From: Pirellulales bacterium
GTDB lineage: Bacteria > Planctomycetota > Planctomycetia > Pirellulales > JAICIG01
Assembly (NCBI GenBank): GCA_040901675.1
Contig: JBBDYJ010000035.1
Location: 160,001 to 224,000 of the forward strand
Direction of reading: 5' to 3'
DNA: 64,000 bases
The translations under genes and the position numbers were made by a program. Positions 1 to 9,258 of the stretch are shown here, in pieces. Positions within the stretch are counted from its first letter, which is position 1; each line of letters starts with the position of its first letter. The notes beneath the pieces were generated by a model. The model worked only from the letters and a program-made list of their open reading frames with translations. It searched no databases and was not told where the DNA came from.

Positions 1-540
1 GCCGCCCTGGTTCGCGACGCCCATGCCCGCTTTGGCCGGATCGATGCACTGGTCAACTGCGCCGGCATTTGGATGTCGAAGCCGCTCGAGCAGGTCGAGG
101 CGGCCGACGTGCGGCTGCACTTCGAGGTCAACACGCTGGGCACGTTTCTCTGCTGCCAGCAAGTGGGCCTGATCATGGCCAGCCAGCCCGAAGGGGGCGC
201 GATCGTCAACCTGGGCGACTGGGCGATCGCCAGACCCTATCCCGACTACGCGGCCTATTTTCCGTCGAAGGGGGCCATCCCCACGCTGACGCGGAACTTT
301 GCCATCGAGCTGGCCAGCCGCAACCCCCGTGTGCGGGTCAACGCGGTGCTGCCCGGACCCGCCATGCTGCCCGAAAGCCTGCCGCCCGAGGAGCGGCTGC
401 GCGTGGTTCAAATGACGCTTTTGAAGCGCGAAGGGAGCCCCCAGCACGTGGCCGACGCCGTGTTATTCCTGCTCCAGAACGAGTTTATCACGGGAGTCTG
501 TCTTCCGGTCGACGGCGGCCGGACCATCTATCCGGGATGA
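1..540 (+). CDS. SDR family oxidoreductase (pteridine reductase/FolM-like), 5'-truncated by the window edge
   Basis: Frame open from base 1 (…FGRIDALVNCAGIW…); SDR motifs AIVNLGD, YxxSK (YFPSK), VRVNAVLPG, ITG…VDGG. Confidence 0.85.
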   Translation, partial: AALVRDAHARFGRIDALVNCAGIWMSKPLEQVEAADVRLHFEVNTLGTFLCCQQVGLIMASQPEGGAIVNLGDWAIARPYPDYAAYFPSKGAIPTLTRNFAIELASRNPRVRVNAVLPGPAMLPESLPPEERLRVVQMTLLKREGSPQHVADAVLFLLQNEFITGVCLPVDGGRTIYPG

Positions 541-555
541 AGGCAGAGGCGGAAG

Positions 556-597
556 GTGGGACGGGCTTCCCAAGACGGCCTAGGAAGGTCGTCCTAC
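556..597. repeat. REP-like palindromic doublet (GTAGGACG…CTTCC…GGCCGTC family)
   Basis: 556-570 and 583-597 are imperfect inverted repeats; the reverse complement of 574-597 matches 26034-26057 at 21/24 nt. Confidence 0.55.
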
Positions 598-745
598 TGC
601 CGTCGCCTGTCGCCTCCGGGAGCCAACTCGTTGCAGGACAGGCCGCCGTGCGGTAGTCTGCTTGTTGCCGTTCCACCAATCGATACCGGTCGCCGCGACC
701 GAAGCTGCGCGCATTCAAGCCCCAATCTCCCGAAAGGTCGTCCCC

Positions 746-2140
746 ATGCTATTCAAACTCTCCTCAGGTTGGCTCGTTGCATTGCTGATGGCCGTGGTCG
801 CTGTCTGGGCATTTCTGCCTGCACCCCTGCCGGCGGAGGATGAGGACCAACCGGTCGTGGAAGAAGCGGCCGACGAAGCCGAAGACGAAGAAGGCCAGGA
901 GGCCGACGAAGCCGATCCGGCCGAGGAACTTGAGGAAGCCGAAGAAGCAGACGAAGTCGACCCGCTGGCCCTGCCGGAGGATACCTCGCCGGAGAGCCTC
1001 GCCAAGTTCATCGAGCGCGTGCAAACCTTGCGTCCCGATGTAAAGACGCAGGAGGAGCTCATTGAGTATGTCAAGAAACTCAACAAGGTGATCCTGGAGG
1101 CCGCCGACAAGATCATCGAGGCCAAAGCCGACGAGGACCTCGACACTCAGGCAGTCCGGGCGAAACTGGCGGCACTGGGCACCTTGAGCCAACTGGACGG
1201 CGAAGGGGCCAAGAAACAACTGGCCGACTACCTTTCGAAGCTCAAGGACGACAAGCGGCCGGATATCGTCAAGGAAGCGCAACTGTACCTTCTCGCGAAC
1301 CGCTACCATGCGCTGGATCATGAGAACGCCAAGCAGATCAAACAATTTATCAACGACGTTCGGACCCAGCTTGGCGCCGGCAAATTCGACCCCCGGCTGG
1401 CACAATTCGCCATGGAGGCGGCCCGGTTGAGCCAGAGTATTGGCGATACCCAGTTCGCGATCGAGACGAACAGGCAGTTCGCGGAGCTCTTTGCCAAAAG
1501 CGGCAACCCGCAAATAGAACAAGCGGGCCAGCGATTCGAAGCCAACATCCGCAAGCTGGAGATGGTCGGCAAACCGCTCGACATCGAGGGGAGCCTGGTC
1601 GATGGCAGCCAGTTCGACTGGTCGGCCTATCAGGGCAAGGTCGTGCTGGTCGATTTCTGGGCCACCTGGTGTGGCCCCTGCATCCAGGAATTGCCCAACG
1701 TCAAGGAAACGTACGAAAAGTACCGCGATAAGGGTTTCGACGTGGTTGGGATCAGCCTCGATGAGGACCGTGAAGCCGTGGAGGAATTCCTCAAAGAGGA
1801 AGAAATCGGGTGGACCACTCTCTTCGGCACGTCACCGGAAAGCGGTTGGAACCATCCGATGGCTCAGCGGTACGGGGTCGACGGCATTCCCATGGCCGTC
1901 CTCGTCGATCGCGATGGAAACGTGGTGAGCATCAGCGCCCGCGGCGAAGCACTCGGCACGCTCGTCGCCGAGCTCGTCGAGAAAAAGCCATCCGCGTCGC
2001 CGGCCACCAAGGCCGCGGCTGGCAAACAGGACAAGAAGCCCGCCGCCAAGAAACCTTCCGCCTCGAGCGGCACGGACACTCCGGTGGCGAAGAAAACACC
2101 CGCTAAAAAACCGGCAGCGAAGAAACCCGCGGTAAAATAA
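746..2140 (+). CDS. Exported TlpA/ResA-like thiol-disulfide oxidoreductase with acidic N-terminal region and Lys/Ala/Pro-rich tail
   Basis: Hydrophobic N-terminus after ATG 746; GKVVLVDFWATWCGPC thioredoxin-fold motif; YGVDGIP cis-Pro loop. Confidence 0.85.
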   Translation: MLFKLSSGWLVALLMAVVAVWAFLPAPLPAEDEDQPVVEEAADEAEDEEGQEADEADPAEELEEAEEADEVDPLALPEDTSPESLAKFIERVQTLRPDVKTQEELIEYVKKLNKVILEAADKIIEAKADEDLDTQAVRAKLAALGTLSQLDGEGAKKQLADYLSKLKDDKRPDIVKEAQLYLLANRYHALDHENAKQIKQFINDVRTQLGAGKFDPRLAQFAMEAARLSQSIGDTQFAIETNRQFAELFAKSGNPQIEQAGQRFEANIRKLEMVGKPLDIEGSLVDGSQFDWSAYQGKVVLVDFWATWCGPCIQELPNVKETYEKYRDKGFDVVGISLDEDREAVEEFLKEEEIGWTTLFGTSPESGWNHPMAQRYGVDGIPMAVLVDRDGNVVSISARGEALGTLVAELVEKKPSASPATKAAAGKQDKKPAAKKPSASSGTDTPVAKKTPAKKPAAKKPAVK

Positions 2141-2174
2141 ACTCCGGAACCGGCCCAAAGCTTGGGTCGATGGA

Positions 2175-3326
2175 TTGATTCAAGGAGTCCGCAGCATGGT
2201 TCTGCACGCCTTGCGCGGCGGTTGCCGCCTGGCCGTCGTCGGCTGCGCACTGGCCGCCTTCTGGAATTGCCCGGCGGCTGGCGCTTTCGAAGATTCCCAG
2301 AAGCAGGCCGACGAGAACCTCTATCTCGCGCGGCCCGGTCTCGCGCCCCAGGAGTTGCTCGATTTCATCGAGCGGATGGAGTCGAAGCCCAAGAGCATAC
2401 GCTCCCGGCCCGGTTTCTCGGAGGCCCTGATCGACGCCGCCAACCGGATTCTGGCCGCCGAGACGGACCAAGAAACCGAGGCGGCGGCCTTGGCTGTCAA
2501 GCTCAAGACCCTGCACGCCGAAGGCCTCACCGGGAACCAGAAGGCCGACGAGGAGCTGTTCGCCCTGGCCCTCCGACTGGCCGACGATCCGCGGCAGGAG
2601 CTATCGCGGCAGGCGCGGCTGCACGTGTGGGAGCAGCGCGTGCTGGAGGCCGATGACCTGGGCGTCGAGGAACTGCCGGCCCTGCTCGAGAAGCTGCGGG
2701 CCTTCATGTCGGAAGGCCCCTTGGACCAGCGTTACCTGCGGCTGGCCTCGTTCACCGTGCGGATCATCAACCGCCTGGCCGATGACGAAGCGGCGGAAAA
2801 GGCCTATCGCGAATTCGGCGGCCTGTGGGCCAAGAGCAGCGATCGTGAGCTGGCGCGTTACGGCCGCTCGATCGAGCGCAGCGTCAAGCCCGCCAGCCTG
2901 GTGGGCCAGGAGCTTGAAATCGAGGGGGTGGCCATCGACGGCATCCCGCTGGATTGGGCCGGCTACCGGGGCAAGGTGGTTCTGGTCGACTTTTGGGCCA
3001 CCTGGTGCGGTCCGTGCAGGGCTCAACTGCCCCAACTGCGGCAAACCTACGAAGCCTTTCACCAGCGCGGTTTCGAGATCGTGGCGATCAGCCTGGACAC
3101 CGATCGCGCTGCGCTCGAAAAGTTTCTGACCGACGAGCAGATTCCCTGGGTGAACCTGTACAGCGACGACGAGAAGGCCAACGGCTGGAAGCATCCCGTG
3201 GCGGCCCGCTACGGCATCCGGGCCATCCCGGCCACGCTGCTGGTTGGCAAGGATGGCAAGGTCATCGCCCAGGACCTTGCCCCCGACGACCTGGCCCGGC
3301 AGCTCGACAAGCTGCTGGCCGAGTAA
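2175..3326 (+). CDS. Second TlpA/ResA-like thiol-disulfide oxidoreductase (tandem paralog)
   Basis: Signal-like N-terminus; GKVVLVDFWATWCGPC; YGIRAIP. Start could be the ATG at 2196. Confidence 0.85.
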   Translation: MIQGVRSMVLHALRGGCRLAVVGCALAAFWNCPAAGAFEDSQKQADENLYLARPGLAPQELLDFIERMESKPKSIRSRPGFSEALIDAANRILAAETDQETEAAALAVKLKTLHAEGLTGNQKADEELFALALRLADDPRQELSRQARLHVWEQRVLEADDLGVEELPALLEKLRAFMSEGPLDQRYLRLASFTVRIINRLADDEAAEKAYREFGGLWAKSSDRELARYGRSIERSVKPASLVGQELEIEGVAIDGIPLDWAGYRGKVVLVDFWATWCGPCRAQLPQLRQTYEAFHQRGFEIVAISLDTDRAALEKFLTDEQIPWVNLYSDDEKANGWKHPVAARYGIRAIPATLLVGKDGKVIAQDLAPDDLARQLDKLLAE

Positions 3327-3341
3327 CGTTCCTCCCCCCCA

Positions 3342-3473
3342 GTAGAACGGAAGAGCATTCCGTTTCCTTCTTCGTGCAGCACGTACGGAAATTCATTCTG
3401 TTTCCGTGTCGGCCGGAATCCATCCCGTTTCCTGCTGGTTCTAGTTCTTACGGCACGAATTTCTCCGTTCTAC
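3342..3473. repeat. Cluster of degenerate REP-like palindromes (GTAGAACGGAA…TTCCGTT type)
   Basis: Perfect 10-bp inverted repeat GTAGAACGGA (3342-3351) / TCCGTTCTAC (3464-3473) enclosing three related GGAA…CAT(T/C)C(C/T)GTTTCC units. Confidence 0.6.
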
Positions 3474-3512
3474 GTGCCTTTGAAACGGAATAAACGGCGT
3501 TCGACCGCCGGC

Positions 3513-3542
3513 TTGACCACACGGCGCAACAATCGGTATAGT
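3513..3542 (+). promoter_or_regulatory. Putative sigma-70 promoter of the sua5-phosphatase/rpiB unit
   Basis: TTGACC-N18-TATAGT about 45 nt upstream of ATG 3586. Confidence 0.55.
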
Positions 3543-3585
3543 AAGTCCTTATGTTCAATGACGAGTTGTCCTGCGAAGCGCGCCT

Positions 3586-4707
3586 ATGCCGCCCGTCGTA
3601 ATTGACCTGCGCAGCACCGATGACTCGCGCGACGTAGTGCACCGTGCGGTGCAGGCGCTGGCCGAATCCAAAATCGTGGCCTTTCCGACCGAGACGGTTT
3701 ACGGACTGGCCGCCAGCGCCCTGAGCGAAGAAGCGGTGGGGCGGCTGCTGGCCGCGCTGCCGGCCGAGCAGCCCCGGACGCTGACATTGGCGGTCAAGAG
3801 CGCCGACGAGGCCTTGGACTACATCCCCGACCTGGGGCCGCTTGGGCAGCGGCTGGCTCGGCGCTGCTGGCCGGGCCCGGTGACGCTGGTGTTCGACGAC
3901 GGCCATCCCGACAGCCTGCTGCGGCAGCTTTGTCCCGCGGTGCAGCACGCATTGGCCCCCGAGGGACTGGTGGCGCTGCGCGTGCCGGCGCACCAGACGA
4001 TTCTGGACGTGCTCCGCCTGCTGGCCGGCCCCGTGGTTCTGTCCAGTGCCAGGAGTCCGGGGCAGGTCGAGGCGGTGACGGCCCAGCAGGTCGTGGAAGC
4101 CTTGGACGACCGGGTGCAGTTGGTGCTGGACGACGGGCGCAGCCGTTTCGGCCAACCGGCCAGCGTGGTGCGGATCCGGGAGCGTGAATTCGACGTGCTC
4201 GAAGTGGGCGTGGTCTCGCCGCAGACGCTCAAGCGGCTTTCCAGCGTCATTGTGCTGTTTGTTTGCACCGGCAATACGTGTCGCAGTCCGATGGCGGAGG
4301 GGATGTTCAGGCAGTTGCTGGCCAGCCGGCTCGGTTGCCCGGTCGAGCAGGTCGAGGAGCGAGGCGCGATCGTGATGTCGGCCGGCATCGCGGCGATGCT
4401 GGGCGGCCGTCCGGCGGCCGAAGCGGTCGACGTGATGTCGCAGATGGGCTTGGATCTCTCCGGCCACGAAAGCCAGCCGTTGACCGAGCAGTTGGTACGC
4501 CATGCCGACCTGATCGTGGCCATGACCCGTTCGCACCGGCAGGCCATTTTGGCCGACTGGCCGGAGGCGGCCGACCGCGTGCAACTGCTCTGCCGCGATG
4601 GCTCGGACGTGCCAGATCCCGTGGGCGGACCGGCCGAGCAGTACCGCCGCTGCGCCGAGCAGATGAAGCCCGAACTGGAGAAGTGGGCGAGCGAACTCAA
4701 ACTGTAG
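3586..4707 (+). CDS. Fusion of a TsaC/Sua5/YrdC-like domain and a low-molecular-weight phosphatase (YwlE-like protein-arginine phosphatase)
   Basis: N-terminal AFPTETVYGL, WPGPVTLV, LRVPAH; C-terminal P-loop FVCTGNTCRSPMAE and DVPDPVGG. Confidence 0.85.
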   Translation: MPPVVIDLRSTDDSRDVVHRAVQALAESKIVAFPTETVYGLAASALSEEAVGRLLAALPAEQPRTLTLAVKSADEALDYIPDLGPLGQRLARRCWPGPVTLVFDDGHPDSLLRQLCPAVQHALAPEGLVALRVPAHQTILDVLRLLAGPVVLSSARSPGQVEAVTAQQVVEALDDRVQLVLDDGRSRFGQPASVVRIREREFDVLEVGVVSPQTLKRLSSVIVLFVCTGNTCRSPMAEGMFRQLLASRLGCPVEQVEERGAIVMSAGIAAMLGGRPAAEAVDVMSQMGLDLSGHESQPLTEQLVRHADLIVAMTRSHRQAILADWPEAADRVQLLCRDGSDVPDPVGGPAEQYRRCAEQMKPELEKWASELKL

Positions 4708-4725
4708 CGTAGGCTTCCAGCCTGC
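4704..4725 (+). repeat. Single GTAG-type REP-like palindrome overlapping the stop codon
   Basis: GTAGCGTAGGCTTCCAGCCTGC: GTAG start and hairpin GTAGGCT-TCC-AGCCTGC. Confidence 0.45.
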
Positions 4726-4795
4726 GGGGCGGTGCGAATCTAACGAGCGATTGATTAAAACTTGCCAGTGGCGGCCTGGCTCAGGAGGGCAACAG

Positions 4796-5254
4796 ATGCG
4801 CATCGCAATCGGCAGCGATCACCGCGGCTTCGCGGTGAAGCAGAACCTGGTCGACTTGTTGAAGCGGCTCTCGCAAGAGGTGACCGACGTCGGCTCTTAC
4901 GGTCCGGACTCGGTGGACTACCCGGACATCGCCTGCGTCGTCGGGCGGATGGTGGGCAACGGCGAAGTGGACCGCGGGATACTGATCTGCGGCACGGGCA
5001 TCGGCATGTCGATTGCCGCCAACAAGTATCCGGGTGTCCGGGCGGCGCCGTGCCATGACGATCTTTCGGCCGAAATGAGCCGGCGTCACAACGACCTGAA
5101 CGTCTTGTGCCTCTCGGCCGACATGCTGGGAGAGAAGCTCATCGACCGCATGGTCGAAATCTGGCTCAAGACCGAGTTCGAGGGGGGCCGCCATGCCCGC
5201 CGGGTCGAGAAAATCGCCCAGTTGGAGCAGCCGATCCCCAAGACCGGGCAGTGA
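4796..5254 (+). CDS. rpiB: Ribose-5-phosphate isomerase B
   Basis: MRIAIGSDHRG, SVDYPD, GILICGTGIGMSIAANK, RRHND, FEGGRHARRV; AGGAGG RBS. Confidence 0.95.
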   Translation: MRIAIGSDHRGFAVKQNLVDLLKRLSQEVTDVGSYGPDSVDYPDIACVVGRMVGNGEVDRGILICGTGIGMSIAANKYPGVRAAPCHDDLSAEMSRRHNDLNVLCLSADMLGEKLIDRMVEIWLKTEFEGGRHARRVEKIAQLEQPIPKTGQ

Positions 5255-5519
5255 CTGTCGTCATGCCAGGCGCGGCGCGGGCTGGCCGAGTTTGATGGTT
5301 CTAGCGGCTCTAGCGGCGGCCCCCGCCGGGCGCGGCGAACGGCGCGGCCGCCCGGACCTCTTTTGTCTTGAAGCCCGGCGAAATCCTGTTACAGTCGAAT
5401 TTCGATGCCACGGCAGGGCAGCCGTGGGCACGTAGAGCGAAGCATCCCGGCGAGCCGTGAACGATTCATCCGCCTTCCGCCAAACTTGAAGTGGCCAGCC
5501 ATCTGAGCAGGTTGTTGTG

Positions 5520-6086
5520 ATGTCCGATTCAGGTCTGAGCAGGCCCGACGAGGTCGATCACTTGCTGCGCAACGCCCAGCTTCGCGACGAGCTGGAGCCC
5601 TTTTTCGACGAGTCGATCAGCCGGCTGAACATCAAGGACCTGCCCACCCCGCAGGAGAACGAATACCTGGCCAGCATGCTGGCCTGGGAGCACGCTCCCG
5701 TGCTGCCCATCGCCCAGTGGTTCAACCCGCCGCTGGAGCTGCCGCATCCTGAAACGCTCGACGACGCGGCCCTGCACGACGTGTTGTGGGAAACCATCCA
5801 GCAGTTGTTCGACAAGCGTATCGTGCTCGACTTCACGGACCACCTGTCCGACCGGCAGTTGTACTGTCTGATCTACCGCGACATCCTGCCTTCGCCCGAA
5901 AAGAAAATCGACGCTTCGCAGCACTATCTCCACTGGGACTGCGCCGATGCCGGCGGCGAACCCGAGGTGTGGCTGCGCTACTATGCCTCGGAGGAAGACC
6001 GGCGCAACTGGGCGGAGTCGGGCGATCCGTTGCCCCCTTCCGAGCCGCCTCCCTACCCCCGCGCGCTGCCCCGCCGCCCGCTGTAG
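5520..6086 (+). CDS. Hypothetical acidic protein
   Basis: 189-aa ORF with host-like codon usage; no recognised motif (FTDHLSDRQLY looks family-conserved). Confidence 0.7.
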   Translation: MSDSGLSRPDEVDHLLRNAQLRDELEPFFDESISRLNIKDLPTPQENEYLASMLAWEHAPVLPIAQWFNPPLELPHPETLDDAALHDVLWETIQQLFDKRIVLDFTDHLSDRQLYCLIYRDILPSPEKKIDASQHYLHWDCADAGGEPEVWLRYYASEEDRRNWAESGDPLPPSEPPPYPRALPRRPL

Positions 6087-6154
6087 CAGGGCGTTGCACC
6101 ACGACGCGGCCGCCGCCGCAACTGACCACTAACCCCGGTCACTGAGAACCGGCC

Positions 6155-7042
6155 TTACCACACGTCGGCGGCCGCGACGCCCTTGGCGGCGGCCAGCTCG
6201 GTGGTCTTGGGCACGCACTCCAGGCCCACGTAATCGCGATAGCCCAGCTCATAGGCCTGCCGCAGCACGCGGTTGTAGTGGACCTCGCCGGTCCCCGGCT
6301 CGTTGCGGCCGGGGTGGTCGGCCAGTTGCAGATACCCCACCTGGTCGAACCCCTCGGCCAGATGCCCGCACAGGTCGCCTTCGCTGATCTGCATGTGGTA
6401 CAGGTCCCAGTTGATCTTGACGTGGGTCGAACCGACTTCGCGGCAGATCCGCACGGCATCGGGGCTGCCGTAGAGGCAATGCCCCTTGTGATCGACGCGG
6501 ATGTTCATCGGCTCGAGGATCAGCATCACGTCGTGCTCCTCGGCAATCGGAGCGGCCCGCTTGAGCGCCTTGATAATGTTGGCGTGCATCTGGCGCTGGG
6601 TCATGCCCGGCTGGTCGTTTCCGCCCACCACCGTCATCTTCTTGCACTTGAGCCGTTGGGCCACGCGGCAACTCGCTTCGACTTCCTTGACCACCGCGTC
6701 GTGATTGGCCGGATCGTTCATGCCCGGGTTGAACGGCCAGGCCGTGAACTGGGCGATCGCCAGGTTCAGGTCCTCGCTCAGGCCGGCGATGGCGTCGATA
6801 TCGCGGTCGCGCCAGGGCCAGAACTCGATCGCGGGAAACCCGAATTCGGCCGCCTTGCGGATCCGATCCAAAAAGTCGAGTTTCCGCCACCACATCTCGA
6901 CGTTTACGGCGAACCTGGTGTGCGGCGTGCGGCCCAAGCTGCTGGTGTCTTGGTCGGCGTCGTCGGCTGCCATGGCCATGGCCGCGGTTGAAGCCACGGC
7001 GGCGGTGGAACCCAAAAACGTCCGGCGGGTGAGCGATGTCAT
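6155..7042 (-). CDS. Hydroxypyruvate isomerase (Hyi)/xylose-isomerase-like TIM-barrel protein with Tat signal peptide
   Basis: TRRTFL twin-arginine motif; AIEFW, LILEPMN, DLYHMQISEGD, QLADHPGRNEPGTGE, VGLE. Confidence 0.85.
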   Translation of the reverse strand: MTSLTRRTFLGSTAAVASTAAMAMAADDADQDTSSLGRTPHTRFAVNVEMWWRKLDFLDRIRKAAEFGFPAIEFWPWRDRDIDAIAGLSEDLNLAIAQFTAWPFNPGMNDPANHDAVVKEVEASCRVAQRLKCKKMTVVGGNDQPGMTQRQMHANIIKALKRAAPIAEEHDVMLILEPMNIRVDHKGHCLYGSPDAVRICREVGSTHVKINWDLYHMQISEGDLCGHLAEGFDQVGYLQLADHPGRNEPGTGEVHYNRVLRQAYELGYRDYVGLECVPKTTELAAAKGVAAADVW

Positions 7043-7269
7043 GGGTTGTCCTCTTGGAATGTTTGTCTTGCAATGTTTCACAGGGCGCGCCCGATTTTAA
7101 TCCCCGGCAGCGGCGCTCGCCACACTATGGGGAACTGGGACAAGGAAAGTCAGAAGCTGCAGGAAGGATGCGGAGGCTTACGATCCTTCTGCCTTCTACG
7201 CAGGCCACCGCGGTGTCTCCGGTAGGTGGTCCACTCGCGGAGCGACTGGAGCACCTTCTTCTGCCTTCA

Positions 7270-7713
7270 CTATCGCTTGCGCTGGAAGAAGCGGCGGAGG
7301 ATTTCGGCGCACGGCTCGGCCAGCACGCCGCTGGCGGTCTGGCAGCGATGGTTCAGACGCGCGTCGGCCAGCAGCCGGTAGAGCGTGTGGACAGCGCCCG
7401 CCTTGGGATCGGCAACCCCGTAGATCAGCCATGGAATGCGGGCCTGCAGGATGGCTCCGGCACACATGGGGCAGGGCTCGAGCGTCACGTACAGCAGGCA
7501 GTCGTCCAGTCTCCACGAGCCGATGGCTTCGGCAGCCTGGGTGATCGCGATCATCTCGGCATGGGCCGTCGGGTCGCGCAGTTGCTCGCGCTGATTATGG
7601 GCCGAAGCGATCACCCGCTTCTGGTGCACGATCACGGCCCCGATGGGCACTTCGTCTTCGTCGAAAGCCTGTTGGGCCTCCGCCAGCGCCAGCCGCATGT
7701 AGTCGTCGTGCAT
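7270..7713 (-). CDS. tadA: tRNA adenosine(34) deaminase
   Basis: [38 protein letters not shown]. Confidence 0.95.
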   Translation of the reverse strand: MHDDYMRLALAEAQQAFDEDEVPIGAVIVHQKRVIASAHNQREQLRDPTAHAEMIAITQAAEAIGSWRLDDCLLYVTLEPCPMCAGAILQARIPWLIYGVADPKAGAVHTLYRLLADARLNHRCQTASGVLAEPCAEILRRFFQRKR

Positions 7714-7837
7714 CAGGAGTCAGCGTTCGGTGGAGAAGGTGCCTGGTCCGGTTGGTATTCTATGATTGTAACCGGGAAGCGGGAACTCCGCTCACCTCCC
7801 TACCTATTCTTCCTCGCTCCTTCCTCGGCCGGCCGGG

Positions 7838-7865
7838 TTGAAGGAGTGACGAGTTTGAGTACAAT
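7838..7865 (+). promoter_or_regulatory. Putative sigma-70 promoter of the low-GC two-gene cassette
   Basis: TTGAAG-N16-TACAAT; AAAGGAG/GAGG RBS before ATG 7941. Confidence 0.4.
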
Positions 7866-7940
7866 CAGGATAGCGATCATCGCTGCCAAGAACCATGTCG
7901 AGGGTGACGCTTCCTCCGTAGACGAAAGGAGATCGAGGTT

Positions 7941-8339
7941 ATGACGGGATCGACCTTGCATATTCGGCAGTTGCCCCATTTTCGGTTGCACTCTGCCGAA
8001 CTAGCGAAGTGGCTCGATCAGCAACCAGAAGATTCTTGGTGGAGCGTTGATGGTGATCCTCTGCTGACCGAACGGCTTGATTTTCCCTGTCCGCCCGACG
8101 AGCTTGCGGGCGCCCTGAGAAAGGTCAATGGAGATCTTTTGCTCCTGGATTCACGGGACGAACCCAGTGCAAAGGGAGACATGCTCACCGCAGACCAACT
8201 TGACGCGGTTGCTTACATCGATGAACACAATGATAGGGTTTTCCAGTTGTCTTGGGAAGGTACCCCCGAAACTGATTGGATTCTTATTGAGGACAGAGAA
8301 ACGGGCGAAAGCAGTCTGGCTCTTGACGACGCAGAGTAG
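7941..8339 (+). CDS. Small acidic hypothetical protein (putative partner of the downstream HEPN-like protein)
   Basis: 132-aa ORF with RBS, lower GC than flanks, 2 nt from the next start codon. Confidence 0.75.
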   Translation: MTGSTLHIRQLPHFRLHSAELAKWLDQQPEDSWWSVDGDPLLTERLDFPCPPDELAGALRKVNGDLLLLDSRDEPSAKGDMLTADQLDAVAYIDEHNDRVFQLSWEGTPETDWILIEDRETGESSLALDDAE

Positions 8340-8341
8340 CA

Positions 8342-9202
8342 ATGCCAAAGCCCCCGATCAACCTCGACACCTACCTGAAGTATATCCCGAGTCATTCAAT
8401 TCCCCTTTCACAAGAGTCGGGGGTTCCGGCCGAGCACTACCGCCGCTCGGCGAATGATGCATGGAATCTGCTGGTCTACGTAGAAAGGAATTTGTCGGAG
8501 GTCAGCGTCTACCGAGCGTCATACGAGCGCCACATCCGACGCCTGTCTACAATGGTGTTGCTTGGGCTAGTTGAATCTTTTGAACGGTTCTTGAAGGAGA
8601 TTGCTGCCGAGTGCATTAATCACATCGCAGGATATGTTGTAGACGGTAGGTTCGATGTATTTACTGCGAAGGGAAGCGCGGTCGCCATGCAGTTTGCCGA
8701 GAGAAACCTGGGAAAAGCACTCTGCGAGGCATTGACATGGTGCGACTGTGATGAGACCAACAAGAGGATTAGGAGGATTCTAGCTGATCCTTTCGACGCT
8801 GGTAGTTTCTACGTGTTTCCCCTTGCCAATCAGGATCCGATCGTTCTGAGGGATCGTTACGAACTCATGTGCCTCATTTGGCAGCTTCGGCATACCATAG
8901 CCCACAATGCTGCCGTCGTAACGGGTTCGGATGCTCTGAAGCTGCGGTTGCTGATACAGAGGGCCGTTGATTCGCCCCGGCTCCTGTGGCCCACAAAAGG
9001 CGACGTGTGGTACGTTAAACTGTTTCTTGACGAAACCGCGGGGCTAATAAACCGGGAAGTGTCGCAACGCTTGGCGGTACTGTTGTCTACGGTCCACAAC
9101 AAGGACAACACGCTATTTGCCCCAAATGCTAAAGCCCAGGAATTGGCCAATCTTTTCAGATTGCCTTGTACAGTTGCCGGTCAAACCTGCAATCCAGCTT
9201 AG
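8342..9202 (+). CDS. Putative HEPN-domain protein (RxxxxH RNase motif)
   Basis: 286 aa, predicted helical; LVESFERFLKEI helix with Glu and WQLRHTIAHN motif; low GC. Confidence 0.6.
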   Translation: MPKPPINLDTYLKYIPSHSIPLSQESGVPAEHYRRSANDAWNLLVYVERNLSEVSVYRASYERHIRRLSTMVLLGLVESFERFLKEIAAECINHIAGYVVDGRFDVFTAKGSAVAMQFAERNLGKALCEALTWCDCDETNKRIRRILADPFDAGSFYVFPLANQDPIVLRDRYELMCLIWQLRHTIAHNAAVVTGSDALKLRLLIQRAVDSPRLLWPTKGDVWYVKLFLDETAGLINREVSQRLAVLLSTVHNKDNTLFAPNAKAQELANLFRLPCTVAGQTCNPA

Positions 9203-9258
9203 TGGCGACGCTGGCCAACTTCAACAGATCCTCAGCGTTTCCACGCCACGCGGAATCT

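Noticed and set aside
7036..7944. 302-aa plus-strand ORF whose stop overlaps the ATG at 7941
   Set aside because: Mostly antisense to tadA; the overlap may be chance, and a third cassette gene cannot be supported.
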